From positions 124,001 to 188,000 of the forward strand of contig OZ193910.1 of assembly GCA_964276515.1 (NCBI GenBank): DNA of 64,000 bases. The letters are read 5' to 3'. Below the pieces are notes generated by a model, which was not told the DNA's origin, did no database searches, and worked only from the letters and a program-made list of their open reading frames with translations. The stretch comes from Gordius albopunctatus (lineage: Eukaryota). Below, in pieces: positions 12,482 through 26,348 of this stretch. Every line of letters starts with the position of its first letter. Position 1 is the stretch's first letter. A program made the position numbers and the translations under genes.

Positions 12482-15400
12482 TCAAAATCCCAGGTTCCAC
12501 ACAATTTTTCCCGGCATCTTTTTGAGTGAAATGGCTCTAATAACGTCACCCGGTTTATACCTGACCGTGAGATCTTCTAGTACTACACCACACTCCGAAC
12601 CCTTTTTAACCGATTCCACGTCGCTTTTGAAATGCTTCAAAGATTTGATCGAACCTGCGGAGGTAGGTGTAGGACACAATAAAGATTACAGCAGCTCAAA
12701 CAAGAGATGACATATTTAAAATGGGGCGGGAAGGGGAATTGCTATTGCATTAAAAACACACACTCTTCCACATATCTCAATTAATTCAAGAATGGCTCAA
12801 GGTAAGTTTAATTACACGTGGGTGCAATTGGCGAATCGCGTTCACTACTATCAGTCGGGGGGAAGCAGCTTAAAGATGGCCACACTTGCAATTGAATTAA
12901 TGATTACAGCAGTAATACACTGTATCGGTTTAATGTGGTCCTGGTGCAGAGACCGCCCTTTTTATATACATACCCAATGGCATAGATAGATATTGAGAGT
13001 GAGGAGTAAAATTACAATGGATGCAAACCTTTGTGTATGAGACGATCGCCACGCATCACGTGCACTTCGCTACACTTTTTGCTGAAAGTACCGACGTCTA
13101 CCGTGCAGCCGGCCACGGGTATTTTGGCTTTGGCTTCGCTCACCAAAAATTCTTGATTGACGCCGGCCTCGCCTGTAAACAAACACACCACCATTATCAT
13201 AAAACGATATTCCACTTCTTCAAATAACTCCCTAACTCTACCATTATTATAGCTATAAAAATAATTGCCATCGGCCCCACCAAAAAACTTCTTAATAATC
13301 ATAATACGATTTAAAAAATATGACGGGAAAAGGAAGAGAACCCAGTATTTCTTCAACCTCCACCGGGGCTAATTTATTCGTCATCTCCGAGATGAGGTCG
13401 TCGATCAGTTTATAAATGACGTTGTGCCTCTTGATCGTAACCACGTTTCTACTTGGCCCAACCATAGAATCCTCCACGTTGAACGCGTATATGATTCCTG
13501 CGTGAGAACAATAATCCCATCATAAAAGGCTAAACAACATAAGGGAAAATTATTTAAAAAGTGGATGTGTGAGGAACTGTAGGATAATGGGAAGAGAACC
13601 TTTAAAGGTTTGAGCCAATTCAACGTCGAATGGAGTGACGGGTCCAACTGCGTAATGTAAAACGTCGAGGTGACAGGCGTTCATCGATTCGTCGTAGGTT
13701 GCCAGCAAGTCTAAAATGGCTTCGATCGAACCAATCACGTCCCCTGTGCATTCAAAAGTAAACATTACGTAATCTTTCTCTCTCCTTCGGACCATTTACT
13801 AAATCTTATCTCATTGTATAAACTTTAGATTCGCAGCAGCAGCAAAGAGGTGCACTACCAAAGAGTCCTCCATAACTTTATTACTATCCATTAAGGACAC
13901 CAAGGAAAGGGTAATGTCTTATCTTCTTAACCCATAATCTATGTCTCACCTTTGACCACAATCGAGAGGCGCGGGTTTTGGGGGGGCCCGCCGGTATCAG
14001 TGCTCTCCGTCAAAGACAGCTTGGGATTGTGTTGGGCGGAAAGGGCTTTCGGTAATTTGCTGTAATTCAAAGCTTTCTTCACTTTCACGTCCCGGTCGTA
14101 GCTATTGCGAATGAGGGAATAATATGAAAATAAATGATCCATCCTACTTAATCAAGTGTTTTTTCCGCTCTTCTTCGATCACCTTCCAATCCTGTTCCAA
14201 TTTGTCCGCCTTTTCAATGTCCACCCTGTAATGAACGATCTCTCGCGCTCTCTCCTATTCAAGGACATGTGCAATTTTAATTAATAGGTATAATTAAGCA
14301 TACACTAAAAAAAGGTTGGAAGGAAGGAAGGAAAAAAGTGCTTCATACCTCGGACTCCACCTGGTAAATAGGAGTTCCCACGTTAGGAACTCCCTTCCAC
14401 CCGATAACCTCGACCGGATATCCTGGCATAACTTGAGTCACGGCTCGACCCAAATCATCGAACATGGCTCTCACTTTACACCACGTGGCCGAAGCCTGGT
14501 TGGCGGAAGATTGATGGAATTGGGGAGAATGAGCATCGCCACAATCGCATGGCGACTTTTGTGGTAGGTTCTCGTCTAAGGATATCAAAATATTTCCCTT
14601 CTTCAAGGTTCCCCTCTGTATTAACACGGTCGACAAGATACTAGGGGATGAATGTAAAAATCAGAATTAGACTTAACTAATTGAAATTGGTATAAAAACT
14701 AGAGTTTGAAAAAGTACTACCCACGATTTTTATCCAGACGCGATTCTATGACGACCCCTTCTACCGGGCCAGTATAATCAGCGGTGATGTCCATGACCTC
14801 GGCCTGCGCCATCAAGGCTTCCAGCAAACCATCGATATTTTGACCCTATTGCAATTGATAAACAAGCAACGATATAATTTAACTTGGTAGAAACTCATTT
14901 ATGTTTAGATCTAATCTTTTTATTATCTTGCACTACAAACCACTTAAGGTGGTTATTGAGATGCTAATCGAGATGATAAATACAAATTGGAATGATAGGA
15001 GGAGGAGACATGAATCATTAGTAACCTTTAGTGCGGATATGGGTATAGCCTGTACTTCTCCGCCGTATTCCTCCGCGCAGACCCCGTGACCCAGGAGCTG
15101 TTTCTGCACCCGCTCCTACCCACCACCCACAACACACAAATATAAAAGTTCTTAGCGTGTTATAAATTAGGAGTACTGAAAATAGGATAACCTACCACGT
15201 CTATCTTCTCCTTGTCGATCTTGTTGATGGCCACAACGATGGGAACTGAGTAGTGATGATGATGTAATAATTATTAATTTATTAATTAGGAAGATCGATG
15301 CTAGGTTAATTAGTAAAAGATAACAACTACTAGCTACCTCTCGCTTCCTGGGCAAATTTTATGGATTCAACCGTTTGATCCATGACCCCATCGTCGGCCC

Positions 15401-18400
15401 CAACCACCAAGATGGCCAAGTCCGTCACCTGGGCTCCACGTGATCGCATGGCGGAGAAGGCGGCGTGACCGGGCGTGTCCAAAAATGTGATGGCGTCACT
15501 CCTCTCACCACTACCCCACGGCTGCCCCTGATTCAATCGCACTAAACACAGGAGGGAGCGGAGGACGAGCATAATGTTTGTGTATAGAATAAAGCAACAT
15601 ACATACAAACAAGCATCAATCTATAACACAAAATAAGAGGTTTTAAGGTATTCTTCCTAAAGCCCATCATCCTAATAAATATCTCCATCATAAATCAAAT
15701 ATTCACGAGGAGCGTTTACTTTTTCGCCTCAAAAAGATGCTTCTTCAAACTATAAAATCGGTGAGTTTGTTTTTGAGTGCCAGGGATCAAGTATTGTCTG
15801 CTGCAACCTCACTACGCAAAATGTGTGATGATACCCTAACCCTAATTGATCAAAAGGAAAGGAAAGGGGGGAGGGGGTGATGTGGTGGTAATTAACTTTG
15901 ATAGAGATGACTGCTATTCAAATAGTAAACAAGTAGTGAAGAGGAGGATGTTAATCAATTGATTGATTAGCAGCTATAAGAGACATTGGGGGTCAAATAA
16001 GGGTCACCTCGACACCCCCCCCCCTCTCTCTCTCTCTACCTCTAGGTAACAATCAAAGTAGCATTCATTCATTCATTCATTCTCACCATACTACAATCAC
16101 GCACGCACACACTACTCCCCCCCCCCACCCCCACCCCAATGAGAAGGAAGAATCTCCCTTTTCAAAACCACCGGTTTTCAACTAGTGAGGAGGATTACAA
16201 ATAATAATAATAATAGTAGTAATAGATGTGGTCGTCGTCATTATTATTACGGGAGGACATACAACTATTTCCATCATTTAATCCCAAATATTCCTGCAGG
16301 ATGGTGGTGCTATTGTTGTTACTCCTTCTAACCACCACCACCACCACCACGATCCATCTCTCAAACTCGCATTACACCAATAATTCGTCCATCATCGGCA
16401 AGGTGACATTCCCAATTGGAGGTCCCCTTCAAAGTTTCTGGGGTGAAAAGGGTAGTGGAGAGAGTAGGATGAGAAAAGTTAATACGATTGTGCCTAACGG
16501 ATTGTCCGTCACTTATAAAAGATGGCTACCCTACAAGGGTACAACATACTACGACATATTCGGTACAATTCCCACCGAGGACGCCGTAGCTGTCCTCAGG
16601 ACGCCCCATTCTGAAACCCAAGCCAGCACGCAATACCAATCTCATGAACACGGCACAACCATAGGAAACGAGGTTTATAGCAAGGACCACAATTATCATG
16701 TGTTGAAAAAGGATAGCGCTTTGCAAGAGCCTGCCGCCTTAGCTGCTTCTTCGAGGAATCCTTTCGATTGGTGGAAAACGGGTGCTTCGGGGTCGCGGAA
16801 TAAAGTATTTTCCGCACTGCTCCTAACCAACCAATTCGTGGCTAAGAGAGGTGCGGGGACAGGAGATGGGAACACTTCTGCTCCTCCTTTGAAACCAAAG
16901 TCCCATTTGGATGCCTCGTTTTGGGAGAAGATTAGGCGCGCGAATAGCGTGGAAGCCGATTCGGATTACAGAGAAATCCAGGCTTGGAAGCAACGCAAAC
17001 GTTACGAGCCCAGGCACGACGACCCACCCTTGGCACCCCGGGGACTTTCCCATAATGAAGAGGAAATGAAAAGCACGACTCCCGTCATTAAGACCGCGAC
17101 GACCCCTGCAACCATAATTCTCCCTACCAGCCCCACAACAAGAAGCACCCCGAGCACCACGGAGGAGGCAATATCATCCACCCATTCATCACAAACAACG
17201 CTGAGAAATGAGGATGACGGCGACGACACGCAATTTGAAGGGAAACGTGAAAGCGGAGTCAAATTATTTTCGGCCTGGCCCCCTTCTCCCTCGCGGATGC
17301 ATGGAAGTAAGGGCGTTAAAGTGAGGGCAATCCGTGTTCCCGTAAATGCCTTATCCCTCAAGATGGCGGAGATGGAAGGGGGAGGTTGGTGGGGGGGCAG
17401 GAGGTCGGGTAGGAGGAGATACATGGCCTCGCCGTACCTCATGGCCGCCTATTACGGCAACGATGATATTTACGACACCCAGCACCACCACCACTTCGAT
17501 GTGATAGATGATGATGCTGATGATGGTAGCAGTCCGAAGGAGAAATCGACGAAAGGAAATAAACGGCAAATTATACGAGCTTACGAAGTGAGACAAGAAC
17601 CCGTGTCAAGAAGGCGAGGTAAGCAAGCATGGTGCGCATCAACATAGGGAATAATTTAGGAGGCGAATTGTAAACGGGGGGATGGATAGGCTTAGTTAAT
17701 TTTAAGAGAGACATAACAAATACATAGGCCGCCTGGGTGTATTCATTCATATATCACCGTCACCAAACTGGAGAAGCTAAGTTATACAAACATCTTTTAA
17801 TGCTGCTGTTTGCAGCAAATTTTCAAAATTACCATAAATAATAATATGATATTGCAATGATGATACAAGGGGGAAATGTTGATGATTTATAAACCAATAA
17901 ATTATTAGTAGCACTACCTCTTATCTCTAAATATATATAGGTGTAAAAAAGGAAGGCTCCAGAAGAGCTCCAACATCCTTGAGCGAGGGCATGTCTCACA
18001 GCCTGCACGATGATGGGGCGAGGCTGAAGGGGAACGTGAAACTTTACCTCAAGTTGACGCACATGCTGGCCAATCGACTGTTCGATCGTGGAAATGAAGG
18101 GAGCCCTGCCAGTGCGAAGAGCGAGGAGGTTGGCCCGAGTGAGAAAATGCGTTGGTTCATTCGAAAGAAGAAGTCATCATGGGGTACAAGGGGTCCGATG
18201 ATAAAAATTACGCCCCAACCTCCTGATTTAGATCCGCCCCTAAAATACGCATACTTCAAGCGCCAGATTATTAGGGCGGTAGAGAAGTCCAATTCGGGGG
18301 TGCCGAGGGGAAGGAGGGTTGGGATGAAGAGACCGGCCTCCCCACTTCCACCGAGGCCCCAGCAGGCCGTGCTTCTACCTCCTTCTCAACCCTCGGGAGA

Positions 18401-20952
18401 GGAACGACTTTATAGCCGCCCCTCACAGAGCCCTAGGGTATACCACGATTCCCTACTAAGTAAGTATTACGGCAACAACAAGGATAACCTAGATTTATTG
18501 CCAAACAACATGCTATATCTTCAGCAACAACAACAGCCTGCTGATATGGTTGGAGATGGGAGAGCGTACGAGAGCAGTACTTCGATGACTTTAACCTTCA
18601 ATTCGGTCATAGATAGGGTTCAACCTTCGATGTCGAATGAGGGAGATAAGCAAAACACAAATTCACCCATTCCATATGCATGGCTGACAAACGTAGTGAG
18701 GAATCATGACAACAATACATCGTACCAAAGCGCAGTTGTCAAGCCAAGGAGCATGGCACCGAGCGCACCAACCAAATCAAAGGGCACTCCTGGGGGAATC
18801 GATAAAATTATGATTTCAAGTGTAGATACAGAAACCACTAACATTAGAACAAATTTTTTTTCCCCACAAACTACAAAACGGGATTCTAAAATAATCAAGA
18901 AATTCAACCAATTTCCATTATCAGTCATGCACAGAAACCGGCCCCCTTTCATTAAAACCACCACAATCGGTAATCGATTCCTTAATGTCAGAAATTCTCA
19001 TATATCCGGTTTGAGAAAAAGCGTGATCGTTACTCCAAAATTGTTAATGTCCTCCGATGTGTTGAAGAGGTACAAAATTGTTAGGGTACCACAAGTATCG
19101 GCACCTAGAGAGCATGCATCCCTAAAATATCTGGCTCCAAGTTCGAGAATGATGAATGAAGAGAAAAGGAATCCTAAATTATTTCAAATCATACGCGCGC
19201 AAGCAATTCCAACCACGACTCCTCAGGCGATGGAGAAGTTGGTGGAAGGGAAGGCAAACCCAGCGGGTGCGACTACGCTGATACAAAAGGAATTCAATCA
19301 ATTCAAGATGTCTCGTGGGCCACCTCGTAAAGGAGGATTGAATAAAGTGGGAGACACCGAGGCCTATCTCGATTCGGCATTAGCTTTCGCCAAACCGGCG
19401 GCGGGTAAAACTAATTACAGGGAGGGCATGATGGATATGCTGAAATATGTGAAAGACGAAATGAAAAATGACATTTTAGTTGGTCGCGGGGGGGGCTTGG
19501 GTTTGAATAGTGAAATGAGGGGGAGGAGGGGCAAGAAGTATAAATACAAAATTGAGGTGGCTACCCATTACTTAGACAACGTCTTGAGTTTTGCAAGTCT
19601 GAAAGATGAACAAAGAAGTGATTATGAAATCAGCAGTAACCTAACTGATCCCCAAACCCCTTACGTAACATCTTTTATAAGTTTATACAATAGAAGAGGA
19701 TACCTGCCTGGGGCAAGTGTTCCTAATGGGATTAAATATTCATTGAGAAAGAGGAAAGTTACAGAGTCAAATAGGAAAAAGCCAGCTTCTTATTCCAGGT
19801 ACAAACATCCTTTGAATGATCTTGAATCGAGAGTTGGCATTTTAAGGAGGCAATATGGGAAAAAGGTTGCTGATAGAAAGAAACAAGATTACCTCAATTC
19901 AAAATGGCAAAATAATGATTCAAAGGTTGGAAAAGATTATGCAGATAGTTATATATCTAATAGGCATTTGATAGCAAAAACAGAAGAATTTGTTCCACAA
20001 AAAAATACAAAAATATCTCAAACACTTTCTATGCTTAAATTAATACCAAAAGATGAGTTTTCTGGAGCACGTCTTATGACTAATATTGTTCTATCTAGAA
20101 CACTTTAAAGGGTTCAAATCTAGTTAGTAAATTTCTCTAGAAATTATTTTATAAATTGTGCCATCATTTCACCAAATTATATTATATTATTAACTAATTT
20201 TAAATATGTGAATAAAGAATGATAATACCTGAGAATGCTCCAATATGTTGAGTTATTCCGCCAAATTCTTTATCCACCATTGAAGTTTTTCTTATCTGAT
20301 CTAATAAAGTTGTTTTCCCATGATCAACATGACCCATTATTACAACAATAGGACATCTTCTTTTGAGATATTCCTTCTTAGGAAGGGGTCTAAATATAAA
20401 TGAATGAATTAAATAAAATTGCATACTTCCTCACAAAATCTTTAGTCAGAATATTTGACATAACATTGGTTATATTCCTTTGAGCCAGTACTGTTTTGCA
20501 CCCAAAGACTTTGAATATTTGATTCAATAATTTCGGGTCATTAATATCTGTTTTTCATATAAGTAGGCAGAAATTATAAAATTACTATCTTTAAGTGATA
20601 ATTTTTCAGCTCCATTTACATATGTAAGGGCATCTTTAACTTCATCTATTTAATTATAACATTTTTCTTATAATTTTTACTTAAATTTTTTTCAGCGACC
20701 TTGGCTATATCTTTCAAATTCATACCCAGCCATATTTCACAAACTTTTTTCTCCTGTTGTAATGGGTTTTTAGGTCTTTTAATTGCATAATCTTTTGATA
20801 AAAGTTCAAAACGTTCCTTTTTACTTAAAGATGCTATCTAAAAATTTAAGACTATGAGATAAAATTAAATGTTTATTAACATTTTTGATGAATTTAGAAT
20901 CAAAATGTGGATGCGAGAAGCAGAGAGTGCGAAAAATATTTTTAAATACCAT
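12482..20952 (-). CDS. MTIF2: Mitochondrial translation initiation factor IF-2, multi-exon
   Basis: G1 motif [14 protein letters not shown] and [10 protein letters not shown] (20229-20390), G3 motif [18 protein letters not shown] (15340-15541), [22 protein letters not shown], and C-terminal [19 protein letters not shown]...WNLGF* (stop 12482). The probable start at 20952 gives a presequence-like [14 protein letters not shown], followed by [17 protein letters not shown]. The start codon is inferred. Confidence 0.92.
16226..20108 (+). CDS. Nested antisense orphan gene, two coding exons (16226 or 16301-17618; 17941-20108), ~1,186 or ~1,161 aa, low-complexity and basic, probably secreted
   Basis: The 473-aa and 709-aa ORFs join via donor GAG|GTAAGC (17618/17619) and acceptor TATATAG|GT (17940/17941). 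The phase-1 junction gives ...[22 protein letters not shown]... with no stop. Hydrophobic N-terminus [14 protein letters not shown] from ATG 16301. Lies entirely within MTIF2 intron 15542-20228. Confidence 0.7.
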
Positions 20953-22739
20953 ATGGTAAATTCGGCATATTGGGACCAGTCTCTAATTGTGACCCTAAAC
21001 AAGATTTACTCATATACTTACTGTAAGGTTTTACCATAAATGTCCAGCAGTATAAAAATTTAGAAAAAATATTTAGTTGCAAATACTATTATCGCAAATT
21101 TAGTAAAACTCTTATTGATGTATAATAGTATAATCAAAACAGAAATAATTATTTAAAATGATTTGTAAATTTTAACATATTAAATTTTGCTTATTTGAAT
21201 TTTGCATTTTTGCATCGTGATAAACAAAATTCATGATCAATATTAAATGTGAAAATAGAATATATAAGCATTTTGCACAAAAAGTAAATTTATAGCATTA
21301 ATATATTAAAAGATAAGGTAATGTTCTCCCAATATAAAAAATTTAATTATTTAACTAAGAACCTTGATAAGTTGAAAGATATAGAATAATTGAGTAATAA
21401 AAATCGCAACTTGAGAGATCGGATCAAAAGAAATTGAAAATTTAAAGAAGATTGTGAAATTAAAATGTGGTTGGAATTTGCAGAGATCTGAATGTTTTCC
21501 GGCATATAGCAAAATTTTGCTTATTTTCTTATCTTTGTTATTTATTCGGTGTCACTTTTGTGGGTTTTATTTTGATAAGTTTATCCCATATTTATCGGGT
21601 GAGGGCCGTGTCTTGGTTAATCTTTTTACGTTTGAAAACATTGTCTACTTTACTAGTGTTTTAATCTCGTAGGGTTCTCGAAGGCAAAATCTAGCTCCCG
21701 TCTCGGGTGCTATATGAAAATCTAGTATCTCGCCTCGCCTTGCCCTAAAAATCTCGGTATAAATTATCCCTTATATATTATAATTATTATACGAATAAAA
21801 AAAGTTGAAAAATTTTAAAATGACGAATTGCAAAATATAAACATTTTCTTGATTAGCTTTCCTGGGTCCTTAGTTAGCATTTTCCAAAATAAGTAATGTC
21901 CTTAGATAAATAATATAATAAAAGAATTTGGAACTCTGTTATAAAAGTCACTAGGTTGCTAAAGAGGTTATCACATGTTGATTATATTACTATAGAAACT
22001 TCAAAGGTACTTCAATACTTTTTACTATTCGTCTTAACAAAGATAATTATTTTGACCAATTAAAACGTTGAAAAAACACCTATAGGAGTGGCATTGTAAC
22101 GGGAATAAAAACGTAAGAGTTTTGAGGGTTTCACAAATTTACAATATAATTAATAACAAATTCAACATTTAAGAGTAAGCGATTATATCCCAAATTATTT
22201 ACTCCGTTTTTAAAAATGATTTAGCAATAAAAGCTTTTTTATGAATATGACTAATGCTTATATAATTTACTGTAGTCCGAAATAGCACAATTCAGTGGAT
22301 TAGAGCTCACCTGCCAACCTTCCATTAATCATGTGAGATGTAATATTAATCGCAAAAAATGCGTATAGGCCTTGAGAATATTAGAGGTGTACCATGAGCT
22401 TAAATACAAATGACCCCTGCTAGACTCATGCTTTAATTTAATGTTTCGAAGGTAATCGTTCGGCAAGCCTACAGGTCGAGGGGGATGCTCAAAAATCTTT
22501 AACCATTATTGTGAAATCATATAATAATATTTATTTATTGACCACCGATTTGAAATAGTGCGAGGTCTAATGATACATTAGTAATATATCTTTACTAATT
22601 CATCAGGACTCATTTTAAAACAATATGTTTATATTTTGATTAATGATAAAGATATAAATATACACTAAATATATTTAAAAAACATTAGATGTTCTAAAGG
22701 CCCGAGACTAGATCGAGATTCTTCTAGGATATTGCGAAT

Positions 22740-25560
22740 CACTCCACTAACCATTTCCGTGTGATACGAGGTCGTCTTGTTCCTCTTTTCATCGGCACCT
22801 CCATCATTCGTATCCCTTCTTAGTATATGCCCATACCCCCTTAGCCCTTTTTCTTTTTAATTTTGATAAAGTAATCGTCATATGGTAGGGCCTAGTACAC
22901 CCCAAGCTCCAACGTATAATTCTCATCTCCGTGTCCCCCAACTAGAGATCTGCATCGTGCCGTTTTTAGAAGGTTGGCCCGCCCGTACCCGTCTTTAAAA
23001 CTTCAAGGTCCGTCCGAGCCGGCCCGTAGTTTTTTTTCAACACTTCCGGCCGGCCCGAGCCCGTCCATAAATTTTTCAAGCCCGTTCATACCCGTTTAGA
23101 AAACCGTCAGGCCCGCTCAAGCCCGTTAAAATTTTTTTAAAAGAAGTCCGCGCTCGGTCCAATTCTGCATAATTTTGACTTATGACATATTCATAAAAAT
23201 ATCAATAATTATCACGTATTGATAATAAATAAACAATTATTTCCGCTGTTCTTACACCTAAAAAATTTCAATACAGTACTTTAAATTACTATAAAAAATT
23301 ACATGAGAATATTCCACTTTCAATAATTTACTTTTATTTGATTACTTTAAGTTTATACACCTAAGGAGTTAGAATTCACTATTATAATTAAATTAAAATA
23401 CTTTAATAAAATTACATGAGAATATTCAACTTTCAACAGTTTACATTGATTTTGTTAATTTTTAACGTTAATGCACCAAATTTATAGATTAGAACAAAAA
23501 TATTTATTAAATTATATAGCCTTAATCATAATTATACCAGTAAAATTTGTATTAGAATTAAACACAAAAATTTTGGTGCATTGTAATTAATTAATTTAAC
23601 CTACGTATAAAAGAATATACGAAGCTCAAATCTTAAATTATTTAAACAAAAATCTATAGCAAATAGAATAAAAATGTTTTCAAGTCAAATTTAGCTTTTG
23701 GAAAAAGGAATAAATGCTACAGGATTTACAAAATTAGAGGTTGAAAAAATTAAGCAATTAATAATCTATATATTTAATAAAAATTATATATTTATATAAT
23801 TGTATGAGGACGTTGTCAATTTTATCGTTTATATAATCTCTGGTCCGTTCAAGCCCGTTTATAAAACATGAGGCCCATTAAAAAAATCTTGGAGCCGCCC
23901 GAGGCCGTTCCATTAATTTTTAAGCCCGTCTGTACCCGCTCGGGCAGATCTCTACCTCCAACAACTTTTCTTCCGTAAGCGCCCATGTTTGACTTTCATA
24001 TAGTATCACACGTCTAACGATGCATTTTTTTAAACTTTCCTCTTCAACCATATTGGCATTTTATTGTCGCACATTGGACCGGATAACTTCGCCGTTTAAG
24101 AAATATTTTTTGAATCCTATGTTGCGCAACGTACCTCCTGATGTCGAGCCGAGCTATATAAAGCTGTCTACTTTTGGGTTTTAAAATGGTCATCTAGCGA
24201 TGGATAGCCTGTAATTTTCATTTCCATGACAACCGTTTTTTGATCGTTGACCTTTAAACTATTTGGAGGTAGGCGCTCTGACCACTTTTCGGTTTCCTCA
24301 GATACTTTCCCCCTTGTTTCCTCTCATAGTATTATATTCGGCATATAGCATACACCGTGGCGATGGCTTTTGAATGTCTCTCGTTATCGTCTCCTTAAAT
24401 ATATTAAATAAAAAGGAACTTGGAGCAAATCCTGGGTGTAATCCAATTCAACCCGATAAGGTTTAGTGTCTCTAGCTTTTTCCCTAACACACGAATTTGA
24501 GGCTTCATAAATATTTTTCACGAGCCGTATATATGTTTCAGGGATATTTTGATTTGTCAGCCACAACCATATTAAATGGCGAGGAACAGTGTCATAATCT
24601 CATTTCACCATATTTAATCATCATTTGTCTTAGTGCGAAGTTTGAATAGATTGTGGATTCGCCGTCCACTAATCCGAATTGGTAAGCCAATATTTCCACC
24701 TCGATTTTTAGCCTTTTTACTAAGATCCTGTTTCAAGGAGCAAGTTAGTTGATACATCTGTAATTGTCACGGTCCTGAGGGTCTTTTTTACCTTTAAATA
24801 AGGTTATCTTTTTGCATCTTGTTCATTTGTATCCCCTGAAGAGAAGACCATACTTATTTTTAACTGAATAGCGGAAAGGGAAGTTTCTAAAAATATCCTT
24901 TGTGCCTTTGCATCACTAACTTCATCTTGAAAAGTTGGACCTTTTCGTTTTTGACTATTTTAAGCACTCCGCCCTTATCTCAACTAATTTGCGCATAAGC
25001 CTGTCGCCCCCTTTATGGTCCAGATTTTTTGCCATCTCGGGGTACGCGGAATTCTTCGCTATTGCAACAGCCTTTATCGCGGATCTCTTTGCCTTCCTTT
25101 ACTATTAATAATCTATCTAGAATTTTTGATTTATGCCAACGTCCATAGAGGTATTTCTTTCTTTCGATGAAATCCCTAACCGATTGATCCCATAACCATA
25201 GCTCCCTGCTCATAGCTTTACATCATTTGGTCTGTCCCAGAACCCGAATCGCTGTTTCATCTGTGTCTTTAATTCGCGTCTCCCAATCGTCTTCTACCCC
25301 AAAGAGTGAGGAGGCTTTTTGCTTTAGCGTTTCGTATCAAATTTGAGGTTCATACACCCTTCTTGATTCGGAAAGTACATTTATTCAAGATCCATCAAAA
25401 GTGGATGATATTGCCTGGCGATTTCTCCTCTCACTATTACTTTGCAATCCTTGATACTCCACAAGTCCTTTCGTCGTATGAGCAGATAGTCTATTTAACT
25501 AAAATGCTTTTCACAATCAATATGATCTTCGCGTTTTTGAATATAGATGCTAACGATCGC
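22740..25560 (-). mobile_element. Decayed non-LTR retrotransposon (RTE-like LINE), interrupted by a MITE
   Basis: Minus-strand fragments PETYIRLVKNIYE, PRCMLYAE (degenerate YADD region, ~24340-24360), ELWLWDQSVRDFIERKKYLY and the typical C-terminal LRGYGHILRRD...RRPRITRKW (~22745-22850). Many stops and frameshifts; boundaries approximate. Confidence 0.7.
22943..23954. mobile_element. ~1-kb non-autonomous hAT-type DNA transposon
   Basis: TIRs TAGAGATCTGC / GCAGATCTCTA, subterminal GCCCG(T/A) repeats and 8-bp TSD CCCCCAAC / CCTCCAAC (7/8). It splits the RTE-like LINE. Confidence 0.85.
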
Positions 25561-26257
25561 CATGTAATATGCTTATATACTAAACCAGAGCTAATTATAT
25601 TAATTTCAAATTTTGTTTTGGAAAAACCAATATTAGAAATTTGAGTATACTCACAAAATTTTTAATCTGTGCAAAAATACTTATTCTAATTTAACACTGT
25701 ATGAAGATGCTACCTATAATTAATCTCTACATACGTCTTAAAAGCTATAATAAATTTTATTTTTCTAAACATCCTTCAAAATACTTATAGTTATTTTTAA
25801 ATTTGGAAATACCTTTCTATTTTAATTATGGAAAGCACAGATTTTGATTGACACAATGTGTATTTGCCCTTAACAAAAGTAATAGGACTATATATTTTTC
25901 TTACGACTATGCTTTTAAACATCATAACCTAGATGGAAGGTCTCAGTGAAGATCGAACATATGTTATAAAGAATGCCTTTAATAAATTTTATAAAAACCT
26001 AGTGTTGGCTCTTAAAATTCATGTTCAAATTAGAGAGAGGATTGGCCCGGACGCCAGGTTTGACCCAAAAAAGAGCAAAATAAAAAGTGCGGGCCAGGCT
26101 TGGGCCTATATCTTTAAAATAATTTAGATTTATTTTCCTTTACACTAAAAATATAAACATAGAAACAAAAGAATGCACTAAAAGCTTTAAAGTAAAATTA
26201 ATATTTATTTTAACAAAAGAATTTAAAAATCATATAATTAAGTAAAGTTTTTGGTTC

Positions 26258-26347
26258 TGTAATATAGTGTTATGGATGATATTGTATTCCTAGTATATAT
26301 ATATAATTGTTGTTGTGATTTTACATGTGTTATCAATAAATACTATA
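26258..26347 (+). repeat. 5' LTR (90 bp)
   Basis: TGTAATATAG...AATAAATACTATA, identical to 30064-30153. Confidence 0.95.
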
Positions 26348-26348
26348 A

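Noticed and set aside
15834..15845. CCCTAACCCTAA telomere-like motif
   Set aside because: Only two units; expected by chance.
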